Under the pieces are notes generated by a model that did no database searches, had not been told where the DNA came from, and saw only the letters and a list, made by a program, of their open reading frames with translations. Positions 37,262 through 47,438 of a stretch of 64,000 nt of DNA are shown one piece after another. A program made the translations under genes and the position numbers. The DNA comes from an uncultured Planctomycetota bacterium (GTDB taxonomy: Bacteria > Planctomycetota > Planctomycetia > Isosphaerales > Isosphaeraceae): the NCBI GenBank assembly GCA_963737655.1, contig CAVTTN010000002.1:5856001-5920000 (forward strand), given 5' to 3'. Numbering within the stretch: the stretch's first letter is position 1; each line of letters starts with the position of its first letter.

Positions 37262-37744
37262 ATGGACTACGTTGTCCGCCTCGAACAGCTCGGCAGTGTT
37301 CCGCTTGCGGTGGTGCGCCGTCGCGCGGCGCGTGATGAACTCTCCAAGGTCGTCCCGGAGGGCTGCGGGACCGTGTGGAATGCCCTCCGGTCGCGGCGCG
37401 TGCCCGGAGCGGGTCGGCATGTCGCGGTCTACCTGGACGATCAAATCCACCTTGAAGTGGGCGTCGAGCTGGACGCCCCGTTCGCCGGGTCGGGCGAGGT
37501 CGTCGGCTCGGCAACCCCATCCGGCGCCGTGGCCACGACGACCCATTACGGGCCTTACGGGCGACTCAACGAAGCCCATGAGGCCCTTCGTCTCTGGTGC
37601 GAGGACCATGGGTATGCGTTGGCCGGCCCGAATTGGGAGGTCTACGGTCACTGGAAGGAGGAATGGGACGGCGAGCCGTCAAGAATCACCACCGAGGTCC
37701 ACTACCTGCTCGCCGCGGGCGGGGATTCGGCCGCCTCTCCGTGA
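37262..37744 (+). CDS. Cassette gene: GyrI-like effector-binding protein
   Basis: VATTTHYGPYGRLNEAHEALRLWC...GPNWEVY...TEVHYLL. Confidence 0.88.
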   Translation: MDYVVRLEQLGSVPLAVVRRRAARDELSKVVPEGCGTVWNALRSRRVPGAGRHVAVYLDDQIHLEVGVELDAPFAGSGEVVGSATPSGAVATTTHYGPYGRLNEAHEALRLWCEDHGYALAGPNWEVYGHWKEEWDGEPSRITTEVHYLLAAGGDSAASP

Positions 37745-37819
37745 ACCGGGCACGGATTTGTGCCTTCAGGGATTGATGATGTGTTCGAGTGATGGAGGAT
37801 CGGCATCGGGTGGGCCGGA

Positions 37820-39067
37820 TCAGCTCGCCGCCTTCCGCCCCAGGGCCACGCTCAGGGCGATCCATGCCAGGCAGAGGGGCACCACCAGGGCCATCCCGGC
37901 CGACCCGGGCAGCGCGGCCAGGGGGGCGTAGATCCAGGCCCCGAGGGCGTCTCCGGCCCGGTAGACGGCCGTGTCGATGAGCGTCTTGGCCCCGAGCCCG
38001 CTGCCTCGGCGGGCCGAGGCGTAGAGGATCTCCCGGGTCGGCCGGGCGACCGCGTAATCGGTGGCCCTCCGGGCGACCTGGAACGCCAGGAGGACGCCGA
38101 GCGAGGGCCTGGCCCCCAGCGCCACGAAGCCGATCAGGGTGACCATCGGCAGGAGGGCCGCCGAGCCTCCCACCCCCAGGGTCGCGAGGATTCGGCCGGT
38201 CAGCAACACCTGGACGGCCAGCCCCGCGAGGTTCACCAGCAAGTCGATCCGGGCGAAGAACGCGGTGCGGTCGGCCGGGTCGGCGAACGTGGCCTCGACG
38301 ATCCGGGCCTGCTCCAGATAGACGCATGCGGACGTGATCGTGAACAAGAAGACGTTCCCCGCCAGGCCCATCAGGAAGGGCGAGGCGAGCGTTCGCCCCG
38401 GGCGGCCGGGACTTGGAGGGATCGGCTCGGGGCGCTCGGCCCCGCCGTCGCGGACGGCCCTCCTCGCCGCGAACAGGGCGATTTCGAGGAACGCGATGGC
38501 CGCGATCAGGAGGTTCATCGGGCCGACCCGGGGCGCCAGGCCCGCCGCGACCGCCGACCCGCAGATCGCGCCGAGCGTCCCCCCGGCGGCGAGGAACCCG
38601 AAGAGACGGCGGGCCTGGTCGGGCCGGAACCTCGCCGCCATCGCCCCCCAGACGACCGACACCACGAACAGGTTGTAGACGCTCGCCCAGACGAAGAACG
38701 ACCGCGCCACCCACGGCATGATGGTCGCCGGCAGGAGCCTCGGCACGACGAGGAAAAGGAGCAGATTCGCCTGCAAGAGCCGGTAGAGCGGGCGGAGCGA
38801 CGGCCTCCCGTCCTTCTTCCCTAGCCGCGAGGCCACGGCGGCGACGGCCAGCATCGCCACGAGCGTCCCGAGGAACATCCCCGGCAGGTTCTTGACCCCG
38901 CCGGCCACCCCCATCTCGTCGCGGACCGGCCGGATCGCGTAATTGCCGGCGAGGAGGCCGAAGAAGTCCAGGAACGACCAGAGGAGGGTGGGGATTTCGT
39001 CGTCGCGGACGTCCACCAGCCGCTTCAAGGCCCGCGAGACCGTCGCCGGCACGCCTGACGTCGCCAT
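37820..39067 (-). CDS. MFS / NTP-NDP exchange (AAA/TLC-like) transporter
   Basis: YAIRPVRDEMG, FFVWASVYNLFVVS, RPTREILY, KTLIDTAVYRAGD. Confidence 0.85.
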   Translation of the reverse strand: MATSGVPATVSRALKRLVDVRDDEIPTLLWSFLDFFGLLAGNYAIRPVRDEMGVAGGVKNLPGMFLGTLVAMLAVAAVASRLGKKDGRPSLRPLYRLLQANLLLFLVVPRLLPATIMPWVARSFFVWASVYNLFVVSVVWGAMAARFRPDQARRLFGFLAAGGTLGAICGSAVAAGLAPRVGPMNLLIAAIAFLEIALFAARRAVRDGGAERPEPIPPSPGRPGRTLASPFLMGLAGNVFLFTITSACVYLEQARIVEATFADPADRTAFFARIDLLVNLAGLAVQVLLTGRILATLGVGGSAALLPMVTLIGFVALGARPSLGVLLAFQVARRATDYAVARPTREILYASARRGSGLGAKTLIDTAVYRAGDALGAWIYAPLAALPGSAGMALVVPLCLAWIALSVALGRKAAS

Positions 39068-39110
39068 GCCTCGCGATCGGGAGGGCGGCCCATCGACGGA
39101 TCGGCCCATT

Positions 39111-40220
39111 TCAGGCACCCGACTTGAGCTTTGCCAGCAGGATCGCCTCGCGGTCGGGCTTCAGGCCGGCGCGGAGCCTGGATTGGCGTTCCTCGGGCAG
39201 CGTCCTGAACCATTCGAGCGTGGCCTTCGCCGTGTCGAGGATCGGCCGGAACGTCAGGCCCGCTTTCGTCGCCCGGGCGTTGGAGACCTTGTGGAAGCCG
39301 AGCGAATCGCCCCGGGCCGGCACCCAGACCGGCATGTCGCTCCAGGGCTGGACCTTGTTCTCGTCCAGGAATGCGGGCGACGCCCAGACGAACTTCGCGT
39401 CGCTCCCGGAGGCCTCCTTGCAGGCGTCGAGCATCGCGCCCATCGTCAAGGGATGCTCGGGCGACGGGCCGGTGGCGTTGAAGACGCCGGTGGCGTTCGC
39501 CTCGATCAGCTTGACGAGGAACTCGCCGAGGTCGCGGACGTCGATCAACTGGACCTGGTCGGCCGGAGTCCCCGGGGCGAGGACGTCGCCCCCCTTCGCG
39601 ACCCTCGCCGGCCAGTAGGTGAAGCGGTCGCTGGGGTCGTCGGGGCCGACGATCAGGCCGGGGCGGACGACCGCCACCTTGCCCGGCATCGCCTTCTCGG
39701 CGGCCTGTTCCGACAGCGCCTTGAGGGGCCCGAAGGTCCGGCCGTCGATGGTCTCGGTCGCCGTGTCCTCGATCGTGCCGACCTTCGCCGTCTCGTCGGT
39801 CCCGGGCTTGCTTGTGTCGGCATAGACCGAAATCGAAGAGATGTAGACGTACTGGCCCAGGTTCGGCGCCAGGAGTTCGGCCGAGGCGCGGACGATCCTC
39901 GGGACGTTGCCCGAGGTGTCCACGGCGGCGTCCCACTTGCGTCCTTCGAGGGCCTTGAGGTCGCCGTCGCGGTCGCCCCGGAGCTTCTCCACGCCGGGGA
40001 AGAGGTCGGGCCGGGTCTTCCCCCGGTTGAAGAGGGTCACCGAATGCCCGCGCTTCATCGCGAATTCGACGACCTGGGGGCCGAGGAAGCCGGTCCCGCC
40101 GAGCATCAGGATGGACTTCTTCGCGGGCTTCCCGGCCGGCTCGTCGGCGATCAGCGAGGCCGCCCCGAGGGCCATCGGGGCGGCGGCGAAGGTCCGCAGG
40201 AAGGTTCGTCGGGAGGCCAT
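39111..40220 (-). CDS. NAD-dependent epimerase/dehydratase with Tat signal
   Basis: SRRTFL; LGGTGFLG; YISSISVY; RPGLIVGP; IDVRDL. Confidence 0.9.
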   Translation of the reverse strand: MASRRTFLRTFAAAPMALGAASLIADEPAGKPAKKSILMLGGTGFLGPQVVEFAMKRGHSVTLFNRGKTRPDLFPGVEKLRGDRDGDLKALEGRKWDAAVDTSGNVPRIVRASAELLAPNLGQYVYISSISVYADTSKPGTDETAKVGTIEDTATETIDGRTFGPLKALSEQAAEKAMPGKVAVVRPGLIVGPDDPSDRFTYWPARVAKGGDVLAPGTPADQVQLIDVRDLGEFLVKLIEANATGVFNATGPSPEHPLTMGAMLDACKEASGSDAKFVWASPAFLDENKVQPWSDMPVWVPARGDSLGFHKVSNARATKAGLTFRPILDTAKATLEWFRTLPEERQSRLRAGLKPDREAILLAKLKSGA

Positions 40221-40377
40221 CGCGGTTCCTCTTCCTCAACCCGAGGAGAATTCGAAGGTCCGGGTCTCGATGAGGATAGTGCCGCGGCGCCCGGTTTTCT
40301 TACGATTTTCTCCGGATCGCCCCGGATTTGCTCCCGAAAGGGGGCCGGCGCCCCGGCCCCTTCTCCGGCGAATCCGA

Positions 40378-41517
40378 TCAGCGGGCCTCGGCCACGGCGC
40401 GGACGGCGCCGACGAGGTCGCCCTTGACGGTCGTCTTGAACCGGACGACCTTGCCCTCGCGCTCGACCTTCGCGGCCTTCACGCCCTGCTCGGCCAGGTC
40501 GATCAGGCGGAGGAAGGCCGGCTGGTCCTGGACCTCCTTGCGGACGAGCTTCAGGCCCTCGCCCGAGGCGTTCTGGGCCAGGGTCAGCACGGCATCCACG
40601 GTCTTCTGGACGGCCGAGGCGGCGGCCTCGTCGGCGCAGACGTTCTCCGAGGCGATCGTCAGCCCTCCGGTGCCGTCGACGGCGACGACCAGGCCCTCGA
40701 CCTTCTCCCAGAGCGGGGTGAGCGGCGAGGCCATGGCGAGGATCGCGGCGGCCTCGTCCCCCCCGGCCTGGACGGCCAGGTTGGACTGGCTGCGGAGCCA
40801 CGCCATGTCCACCGCGACGACCGCGTGGCCGACGATCGGCTGGCCCGCGCCGGTCCGCCACTTCGGCCCCTGGCCGGCCGGGGCCGGAGCATTCAGGAAT
40901 TTCTTGAGCGAGGCCTCGGAGGCGACGACGACCGTGCGGTCGTCGGGCTGATAGAAGGCCAGGCCCAGGGTGTCCTTGTCGCCGCCCAGGGGGGCCATCC
41001 GGTAATAGTCCTTGCCGTCGCCGGAGACCTTCGTCGAGTAGATCCCGGTCGCCGCGGCCAGGGCCTTCCATTCGCGGGGCTTGTTCGTGCGGACGATCAG
41101 GGCGCCGATGTCCAGCAGCGCCTTCTCGTTGCCCGAGGCGATCGCCGGGGCGAGCTCTCGGCCGAGGAGGACCACGGCGACCTGCTCGACCGACTCGGGC
41201 TCGGCGATGTCCAGGATCGTCTTGACCTCGGGCTGGCGGGCGAACTCGTCGTAGATCGCCTTGAGCTCGGGCAGCTTCATGAGGTCCGCCGGGCGGAAGG
41301 CGAACACGGCCGGCGCGTCGGCCGGGACCAACGACAGGTCGATCGTCGGCGGGGGCGTCGCCGGGGCCTCGACGGCCGGCGCCGGCGGCGGGGCCGGCTT
41401 CGGCTCCTGCCCGGTCGTCCGGCCCGCCCCGCCGGCCACCAGAGACAGCACCAGGCCCGCCAGGGCCAGGATCAGGGCCTCTCGACCGTACTTCGCGCCA
41501 TCCATCACGCGCTTCAT
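40378..41517 (-). CDS. Secreted hypothetical protein
   Basis: GGAGG RBS, signal/TM segment, IDLSLVPADA domain start. Confidence 0.65.
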   Translation of the reverse strand: MKRVMDGAKYGREALILALAGLVLSLVAGGAGRTTGQEPKPAPPPAPAVEAPATPPPTIDLSLVPADAPAVFAFRPADLMKLPELKAIYDEFARQPEVKTILDIAEPESVEQVAVVLLGRELAPAIASGNEKALLDIGALIVRTNKPREWKALAAATGIYSTKVSGDGKDYYRMAPLGGDKDTLGLAFYQPDDRTVVVASEASLKKFLNAPAPAGQGPKWRTGAGQPIVGHAVVAVDMAWLRSQSNLAVQAGGDEAAAILAMASPLTPLWEKVEGLVVAVDGTGGLTIASENVCADEAAASAVQKTVDAVLTLAQNASGEGLKLVRKEVQDQPAFLRLIDLAEQGVKAAKVEREGKVVRFKTTVKGDLVGAVRAVAEAR

Positions 41518-41623
41518 CGCGAACCCTCCTGTTGCGACCCAAAGTGCCGGCGACCGGCCGGGCGGACCTCCTCCGCGCGCACCTCGCCCGGCCCGAGACC
41601 ATACGCCGGAGGGTCGGGTCCGG

Positions 41624-43114
41624 TCAATCCGAATCCCTTCGGCCGGCCGGCTCCGGGGCGACCGCCTCGGGACGGCCGATGACCGCCGGGGCCGGGTCCG
41701 GCGCCTCGGCCCGGGGCAGGCGGACGACGAATCGGCTGCCCCGGCCCGGCTCGCTCTCGGAGCCGATCGTCCCGCCGTGGGCCGAGGCGATCCGCCGGGC
41801 GACGGCCAGTCCCAGCCCGACCCCGGCTCGGCCGAGCCGGCGGGCCGATTCGGCCCGATAGAACGGCTCGAAGACGCGAGCGAGGTCCCCGACCGCGATC
41901 CCGCAGCCGCGGTCCTCGACCGACAGCGCCACGGCGCCGGGCTCGCTCCAGGCGCGGACGAGGATCGGGGTGCCCGGCCCGCTGTACTTGCACGCGTTCT
42001 CCAGCAGGTTGTCCAGCAACTGGCCGAGCAGAGGCCGGTGGGCCCGGGTCCAGGGCGGTTCCCCGTCGCCGGCCTCCAGGCGGATGTCGGCCGCCCGCTC
42101 GTGGGCCGACCAGGCGAGCAGGTGGCCTGCGGCCCAGGCGGCCAGGTCGAGGCGTTCGAGGTCGGGCAGCCCGGCCTCGGCGTCGGACCGGGCGAGGAAC
42201 AGCAGGGCCTCGACGACCCGCCAGAGCCGGTCGGCGTCGTCGTGGAGCTGGTCCAGGACCCCCTCATGCTCCTCGACCGTCCGGCGGCGTCGGCGGGCGA
42301 CCTCGATCGCGGCGATCAGGGCGGCCAGAGGGGTCCGCAGCTGATGAGAGGCCTGGCCGGTGAATTGCCTCTGCCGCTCCAGCGCCACGTGGAGGCGGTC
42401 GAGGAGGCCGTTGAAGCTGCCGGCGAAGTCCTCCAGCTCGTCGCGGGTCCCCGGGCTGGGCAGGCGGCCCTCGTCGAAGGGCATGGCGCGGGCCGACTCG
42501 GCCATCAGGGTCAGCGGGGCGAGGGCCCGTCTCGCGAAATGGCGGCCGATCACCGCGGCGAGCCCCCAGAGGCCCAGCGAGATCAGCGGGAGGATGGCCG
42601 CCAGCCAGCGGATTTCGGCCTCCACCGGCTCGATCGAGGCCCACGCCGACAGCACGCGAGGCGAGCCGTCGCGGCCCGGAGGCCCGTGGCGACGCTCCTC
42701 GCCCCGCGGCCCGCGAGGCCCGCCCGGAGGAGGGCCCGGAGGCGGGCCCGGGGGCGGGCCTCCGCCGATCTTCCTCGCGAGGATGCGCCAACGACGGCCG
42801 TCGGGCCCCTCGATCGTCGTCGGCACGTCCACCGCCAAAGGCCGGAGGTCGCGGCCGTCGAGGACCATCGTTTGCCAGTCGTCGCCCGGCCTGGATTCGA
42901 CCCTCCGGCCCGACTCCTCGTAGATGGCCCAGGAGACGCGGCCTCGCGGGGCCTCTCGGCGTTCGGGGAAGTGGTCCAGGGTCGTCTCCAGCTCCTGGTC
43001 CAGGGCGAGGCGCAGGCGCAGGCCGGCGACGTAATACAGGGTCGCGGAGAACCCGCCGAGGGCCATCGCCAGCGCCACGAGGAAGGCGACCGAGACTCGG
43101 GAGACCAGGCTCAT
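41624..43114 (-). CDS. Sensor histidine kinase
   Basis: HAMP; ASHQLRTPL; NLLENACKY; DRGCG; FEPFYR; GLGL. Confidence 0.93.
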   Translation of the reverse strand: MSLVSRVSVAFLVALAMALGGFSATLYYVAGLRLRLALDQELETTLDHFPERREAPRGRVSWAIYEESGRRVESRPGDDWQTMVLDGRDLRPLAVDVPTTIEGPDGRRWRILARKIGGGPPPGPPPGPPPGGPRGPRGEERRHGPPGRDGSPRVLSAWASIEPVEAEIRWLAAILPLISLGLWGLAAVIGRHFARRALAPLTLMAESARAMPFDEGRLPSPGTRDELEDFAGSFNGLLDRLHVALERQRQFTGQASHQLRTPLAALIAAIEVARRRRRTVEEHEGVLDQLHDDADRLWRVVEALLFLARSDAEAGLPDLERLDLAAWAAGHLLAWSAHERAADIRLEAGDGEPPWTRAHRPLLGQLLDNLLENACKYSGPGTPILVRAWSEPGAVALSVEDRGCGIAVGDLARVFEPFYRAESARRLGRAGVGLGLAVARRIASAHGGTIGSESEPGRGSRFVVRLPRAEAPDPAPAVIGRPEAVAPEPAGRRDSD

Positions 43115-43812
43115 GGGGCCTCCTCGACCGCGGGATGGGGCGGGTCGCCCAGCAGGTAGCCCCGGCCTCGGACCGTCTGGATCAGCCGAGGCCCCTGCGC
43201 CTCCAAAGCCCGGCGAAGCTCCTTGACGTGGACGTCCAGCGTGTTCGAGACGAAGTCGTAGGCCTCGCCCCAGACGTGCCCGTAGATCCGCGATCGCGAC
43301 AGGACTTCCCCGGGATGCCGGAGGAAGAAGACGAGCAAGGCCAGCTCCTTGGTCGTGAGGTTCAGGGCCTGGCCGGCTCGCTCGGCCTTCTGCTCCGCCA
43401 GGTCCACCCGCACGTCGCGATAGGAGAGCGTCGCGACCTGGACCGGCCGGCCCCGGCGGATCAGGGCCCGGGCCCGGGCGAGCAGCTCGTCGAAGGCGAA
43501 CGGCTTGCACAGATAGTCGTCGGCCCCGCCGTCCAGGCCGCGGACCCGGTCGCTCACGGCGTCTCTGGCCGTGAGGAACAGCGCGGGCGTCGTCCCGCCC
43601 TGGCGGCGATGGCCGCCCAGGACCTCCAGCCCGTCCAGGCCGGGCAGCCACCAGTCGAGGATCACGAGGTCCCATTCGGCGGCCCGGAGCGAGCCCAGGG
43701 CCGCGAGGCCGTCGGCGGCATGAGCGACGGTGAAGCCCTCGTCCGACAGACCTTCGACGATCGATCGGGCGAGGCTCGCGTCGTCCTCGACGACCAGGAC
43801 CCGCTTTCCCAT
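43111..43812 (-). CDS. OmpR-family response regulator
   Basis: VLVVEDD, ILDWWLP, GADDYLCKPF, IQTVRGRGY. Confidence 0.95.
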   Translation of the reverse strand: MGKRVLVVEDDASLARSIVEGLSDEGFTVAHAADGLAALGSLRAAEWDLVILDWWLPGLDGLEVLGGHRRQGGTTPALFLTARDAVSDRVRGLDGGADDYLCKPFAFDELLARARALIRRGRPVQVATLSYRDVRVDLAEQKAERAGQALNLTTKELALLVFFLRHPGEVLSRSRIYGHVWGEAYDFVSNTLDVHVKELRRALEAQGPRLIQTVRGRGYLLGDPPHPAVEEAP

Positions 43813-44198
43813 GGAATCCCATCGCCCCGCGAGAGGCCATCGCCGATCACCGCCGGAAAGCACCGACCTCTCCCATTAAATCACGGCCCGATGATCGGTG
43901 GGAGGCGAGTCCGCCGAAGGGCGCGGATTTCCTCGGGGATCGAGGATCGGGCGCGAGTCCCCCGTCGGGGCCGCGATGATGAAACGGATTTTAGGGTTTC
44001 TCGACGCCCGAACCAGGGGCGCGAACGCTACCATCTCGGGGAAGACGGTTCGCGCACGACGGTCCTTCGTCGGGCGGGCCTCGGCCTGCCCGACGAGGGC
44101 GTGATCCCCGGAATTCGGCCTCGGGCCGTGCCTCTGCGTCCCTGGATGCCTGCTCCGCAATCTTCCCGTCAGAGCTCCCAAGAACAGGAGAGCGTCGG

Positions 44199-45652
44199 AT
44201 GAACAGACCTGCCATTCTCACCCTGACGGCCTCGGCGGGCGCGTTGTCGCTCGGGTTGCTGGCGATCCACCTCGGCTCGGCCGCTCCTCGGGCCACGGCC
44301 CAGGCCTCGGGGCCCGCCCGGACCTGCTCACCTCGCCGAAGGAGGCCGACGTCGTGGACGCCGCCGAGGCGTTCCTGGCCTCGCTGACCCCGGAGCAGCG
44401 CGCGATCGCCCAGGTCGAGCTCACGCCGAAGCTCGCCGTCCGCTGGACGAACTTCCCGGGCGGGTCCAACGTGCGCAACGGCGTCTTCTATCGAGACCTC
44501 AAGCCCAACCAGGTCGCGGCGGCCCTGAAGGTCGCCCGGGTCGCCCTGGGCGAGGAGGGCTTCGCCCGATACCAGGAAGTCCGCGCGGCCGACGACGCCT
44601 TCGCCAAAGGGCGAGGCGGTCGGGGCCCGGGCGGCCCCGGCGGTCCGGGAGGAGGTCCTGGCGGTCCGGGCGGAGGCCCCGGCGGTCCTGGCGGACGCCC
44701 TGGCGGTCCCGGTGGACCGGACGGGCCTGGTGGCCCTGGCGGAGGTCCGGGTGGACCGGACGGCCCTGGCGGGCCCGGCGGTCCCGGCGGCCTGTTCGAG
44801 CAGTCCGACGCGAACAAGGATGGCAAGCTGAGCCGGGCCGAGGCCCAGGGCCCGCTCCTCGACATGTTCGCCGAGATCGACACGAACAAGGACGGCTTCA
44901 TCAGCCGCGAGGAGGACATGGCGTTCCTCCGCCAGCGAGGCCCCGGCGGTCCGGGTGGCGGGCCGCAACGCAAGGGCGGTGGTCCGGGCGGTCCCGGCGG
45001 TCCGGGAGGTCCCGGAGGCGGGTTCAACTTCGGGTCGGAAAACTACATGATCGCGTTCCTGGGCAAGCCGTCGAAGACCTCGCCCTGGATCTTGCAACTG
45101 GGCGGGCACCACCTCGCCATCAACCTCTTCTACAAGGGCACGACCGGCGCCGCGACCCCTTACCACGTCGCCGCCCAGCCGACGGTGTGGAAGGATGAGC
45201 AGGGCAAGACCCACGAGCCGCTCTTCCCGATGCGCGAGGCGCTGCAAGGCCTGCTCGCCTCCCTCTCGCCCGAGCAGGCGAAGCGGGCGAAGCTCGACGC
45301 GAGGTTCAACGACGTCTACGTCGGCCCCGGCAAGGACGGCAAGTTCCCCGCCAAGAGCGAGGGCGTCCCCGTCTCCGAGCTCTCCGACGCCTCGAAGGCG
45401 CTCGTCCGCAAGGCCATCGCCGCCTGGACCGATGACAGCCCCCAGGGCGCCGAGTACCGCAAGATCTACGACGCGGACCTCGACCGGGTGAAGGTCTCCT
45501 ATTCGGGGACGACGAAAGTGGGCGATCGGGGCGACTACGTCCGCATCGACGGCCCTCGCGTCTGGATCGAATTCGCCGTCCAGGGCAGCGACCACGTCCA
45601 CACCATCTGGCGGGACCGCCTGACCGATTACGGGGCCGAATTCTCCTTCTGA
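44199..45652 (+). CDS. DUF3500 protein with GGP repeats and EF-hand insertion; N-terminal frameshift
   Basis: Signal peptide in ORF 44199-44387, body in ORF 44354-45652; WTNFP, GGHHLAIN, YVRIDGPRVWIEF, HVHTIWRD...DYG. Confidence 0.8.
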
Positions 45653-45659
45653 GGCCACG

Positions 45660-46997
45660 ATGCGACGACTTCTCCCGGCCCTCCTCCTCCTGATCGCGGC
45701 GAGTTCGGCCCGGGCCCATCCCATGCCGAACTCGGCCATCGTGCTGCGCCTCCATCGCACCGAGATCGGCGCCGAATTGACCCTGCCGATCGGCGAGCTG
45801 GCCGTGGGCTGGGAGAAGCCGTTGCCCCTGGACTCCGCCCGGACGGTCCGGGAATTCGGCGAGGAACTCCGGGGCTACGTGCTCCAGCACGTCCACGCCT
45901 CGGCGCCCGACGGGCGGCCCTGGGCCGTCACCGTCCGCGAGTTGACCCCGATCGACGACGAACAGGGGCCCGACGTCCGGATCTCGCTGACGATGACCCC
46001 GCCGCCCGGCGCGCCCGCGGACCGGCTGACCTTCCATTACGATGGGATCTTCCACCACCTCGTCACCCATGAGGCGGTCGTCACCCTGGCGAGCGACTGG
46101 AGCCACGGCGTCCTCGGCGATCGGCCGATCCTCCTGGGGACGATGCGCGACACCAACGCCGCGATCGCCATCGACCGCTCCGGCGGGAGCTGGTTCCGGG
46201 GATTCGCCGCCATGTTCCGCCTCGGCACCCGCCACATCGCCGAGGGGACCGACCATCTCCTGTTCCTCCTCGCGCTGATCCTCCCCGCGCCTCTCGTCGC
46301 GACGGGCGGGCGCTGGGGCGGCTATGCCGGATGGAAGACCGCGTTCCGGAGGATCGTCAAGGTCGTGACCGCGTTCACCCTCGGTCACTCGGTCACCCTG
46401 GTGATCGGCGCGTTGGGATGGGTGCGCCTGCCCGGTGCATTCATCGAATCGGCCATCGCCGTCTCGATCCTGGTCTCGGCCGCGAATGCCCTGGTGCCGA
46501 TCTTCCGGGGCCGAGAAGCCTTCATCGCCGGGGGCTTCGGGCTGGTCCACGGCCTGGCGTTCGCGGCGACGCTGACCGGCTTCGGGCTCGACCCGGTGAC
46601 GATGGTTTCGAGCGTCCTGGGGTTCAATCTCGGGATCGAGGCCTTCCAGCTCCTGGTCATCCTGGCGGCGATGCCCTGGCTCGTGCTCCTGGCCCGCTCG
46701 CGCGTTTATGGGCCGTTCCGCATCGCCGGGGCCACGCTGACCGGCATCGCCGCCGTCGCCTGGCTTGCGGAGCGGGCCTTCGGCTGGGTCAACCCCGTCG
46801 TCCCCCTGGTCGAAGGGGTCGCGGCTCACGCCCTCTGGCTACTCGCGTCCCTGGCCGTCCTGGCCTGCGTCGCGTCGGGCACGACACGCCTCGGCCGGAT
46901 GCCCGCCGAATGCGGCGGCACTCCACGGTCTGGCGGTAGCGCATCAAGCCGACTCGCGGGGTGGGTGCCGATTCGGTCGAGCACGTCGCAAAGGTAG
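45660..46997 (+). CDS. HupE/UreJ family protein
   Basis: AHP N-terminus; HIAEGTDHLLFL; FTLGHSVTL; FGLVHGLAFA; FNLGIE. Confidence 0.9.
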   Translation: MRRLLPALLLLIAASSARAHPMPNSAIVLRLHRTEIGAELTLPIGELAVGWEKPLPLDSARTVREFGEELRGYVLQHVHASAPDGRPWAVTVRELTPIDDEQGPDVRISLTMTPPPGAPADRLTFHYDGIFHHLVTHEAVVTLASDWSHGVLGDRPILLGTMRDTNAAIAIDRSGGSWFRGFAAMFRLGTRHIAEGTDHLLFLLALILPAPLVATGGRWGGYAGWKTAFRRIVKVVTAFTLGHSVTLVIGALGWVRLPGAFIESAIAVSILVSAANALVPIFRGREAFIAGGFGLVHGLAFAATLTGFGLDPVTMVSSVLGFNLGIEAFQLLVILAAMPWLVLLARSRVYGPFRIAGATLTGIAAVAWLAERAFGWVNPVVPLVEGVAAHALWLLASLAVLACVASGTTRLGRMPAECGGTPRSGGSASSRLAGWVPIRSSTSQR

Positions 46998-47254
46998 GCC
47001 AACGCCCCGCGGCCCAACGGTCGGCACGATGCGAGGCCAGGCCTCCAAATGAGCAAGTCGCCCCGGCCGGTACGACCGGGCATAAACGATCGCTTCGCCA
47101 GCCAAGCGATTCCGTCGCACCTTCGCGGCCTCGCCGTCCATCCACGCCCAGGACGAATCTCGCCAAGCCGCCACCAGGACCACCCGCGAAACCCCATTGC
47201 ATGCCCGACCCAACGGCTGTAAACTCCTTCTGAGCGGTAAAACACCTCAAAATC

Positions 47255-47326
<72 letters not shown>

Positions 47327-47438
47327 CTGTCGGAAATCGTTAGTGCCGAAGCGGTTACGCTTACCCTCCGACGGTCGGAGGCGCGGCCGGATGCCTTCCG
47401 AAGTGAGTACGGTACTCACTTCCCGGGAGAACCGACCC

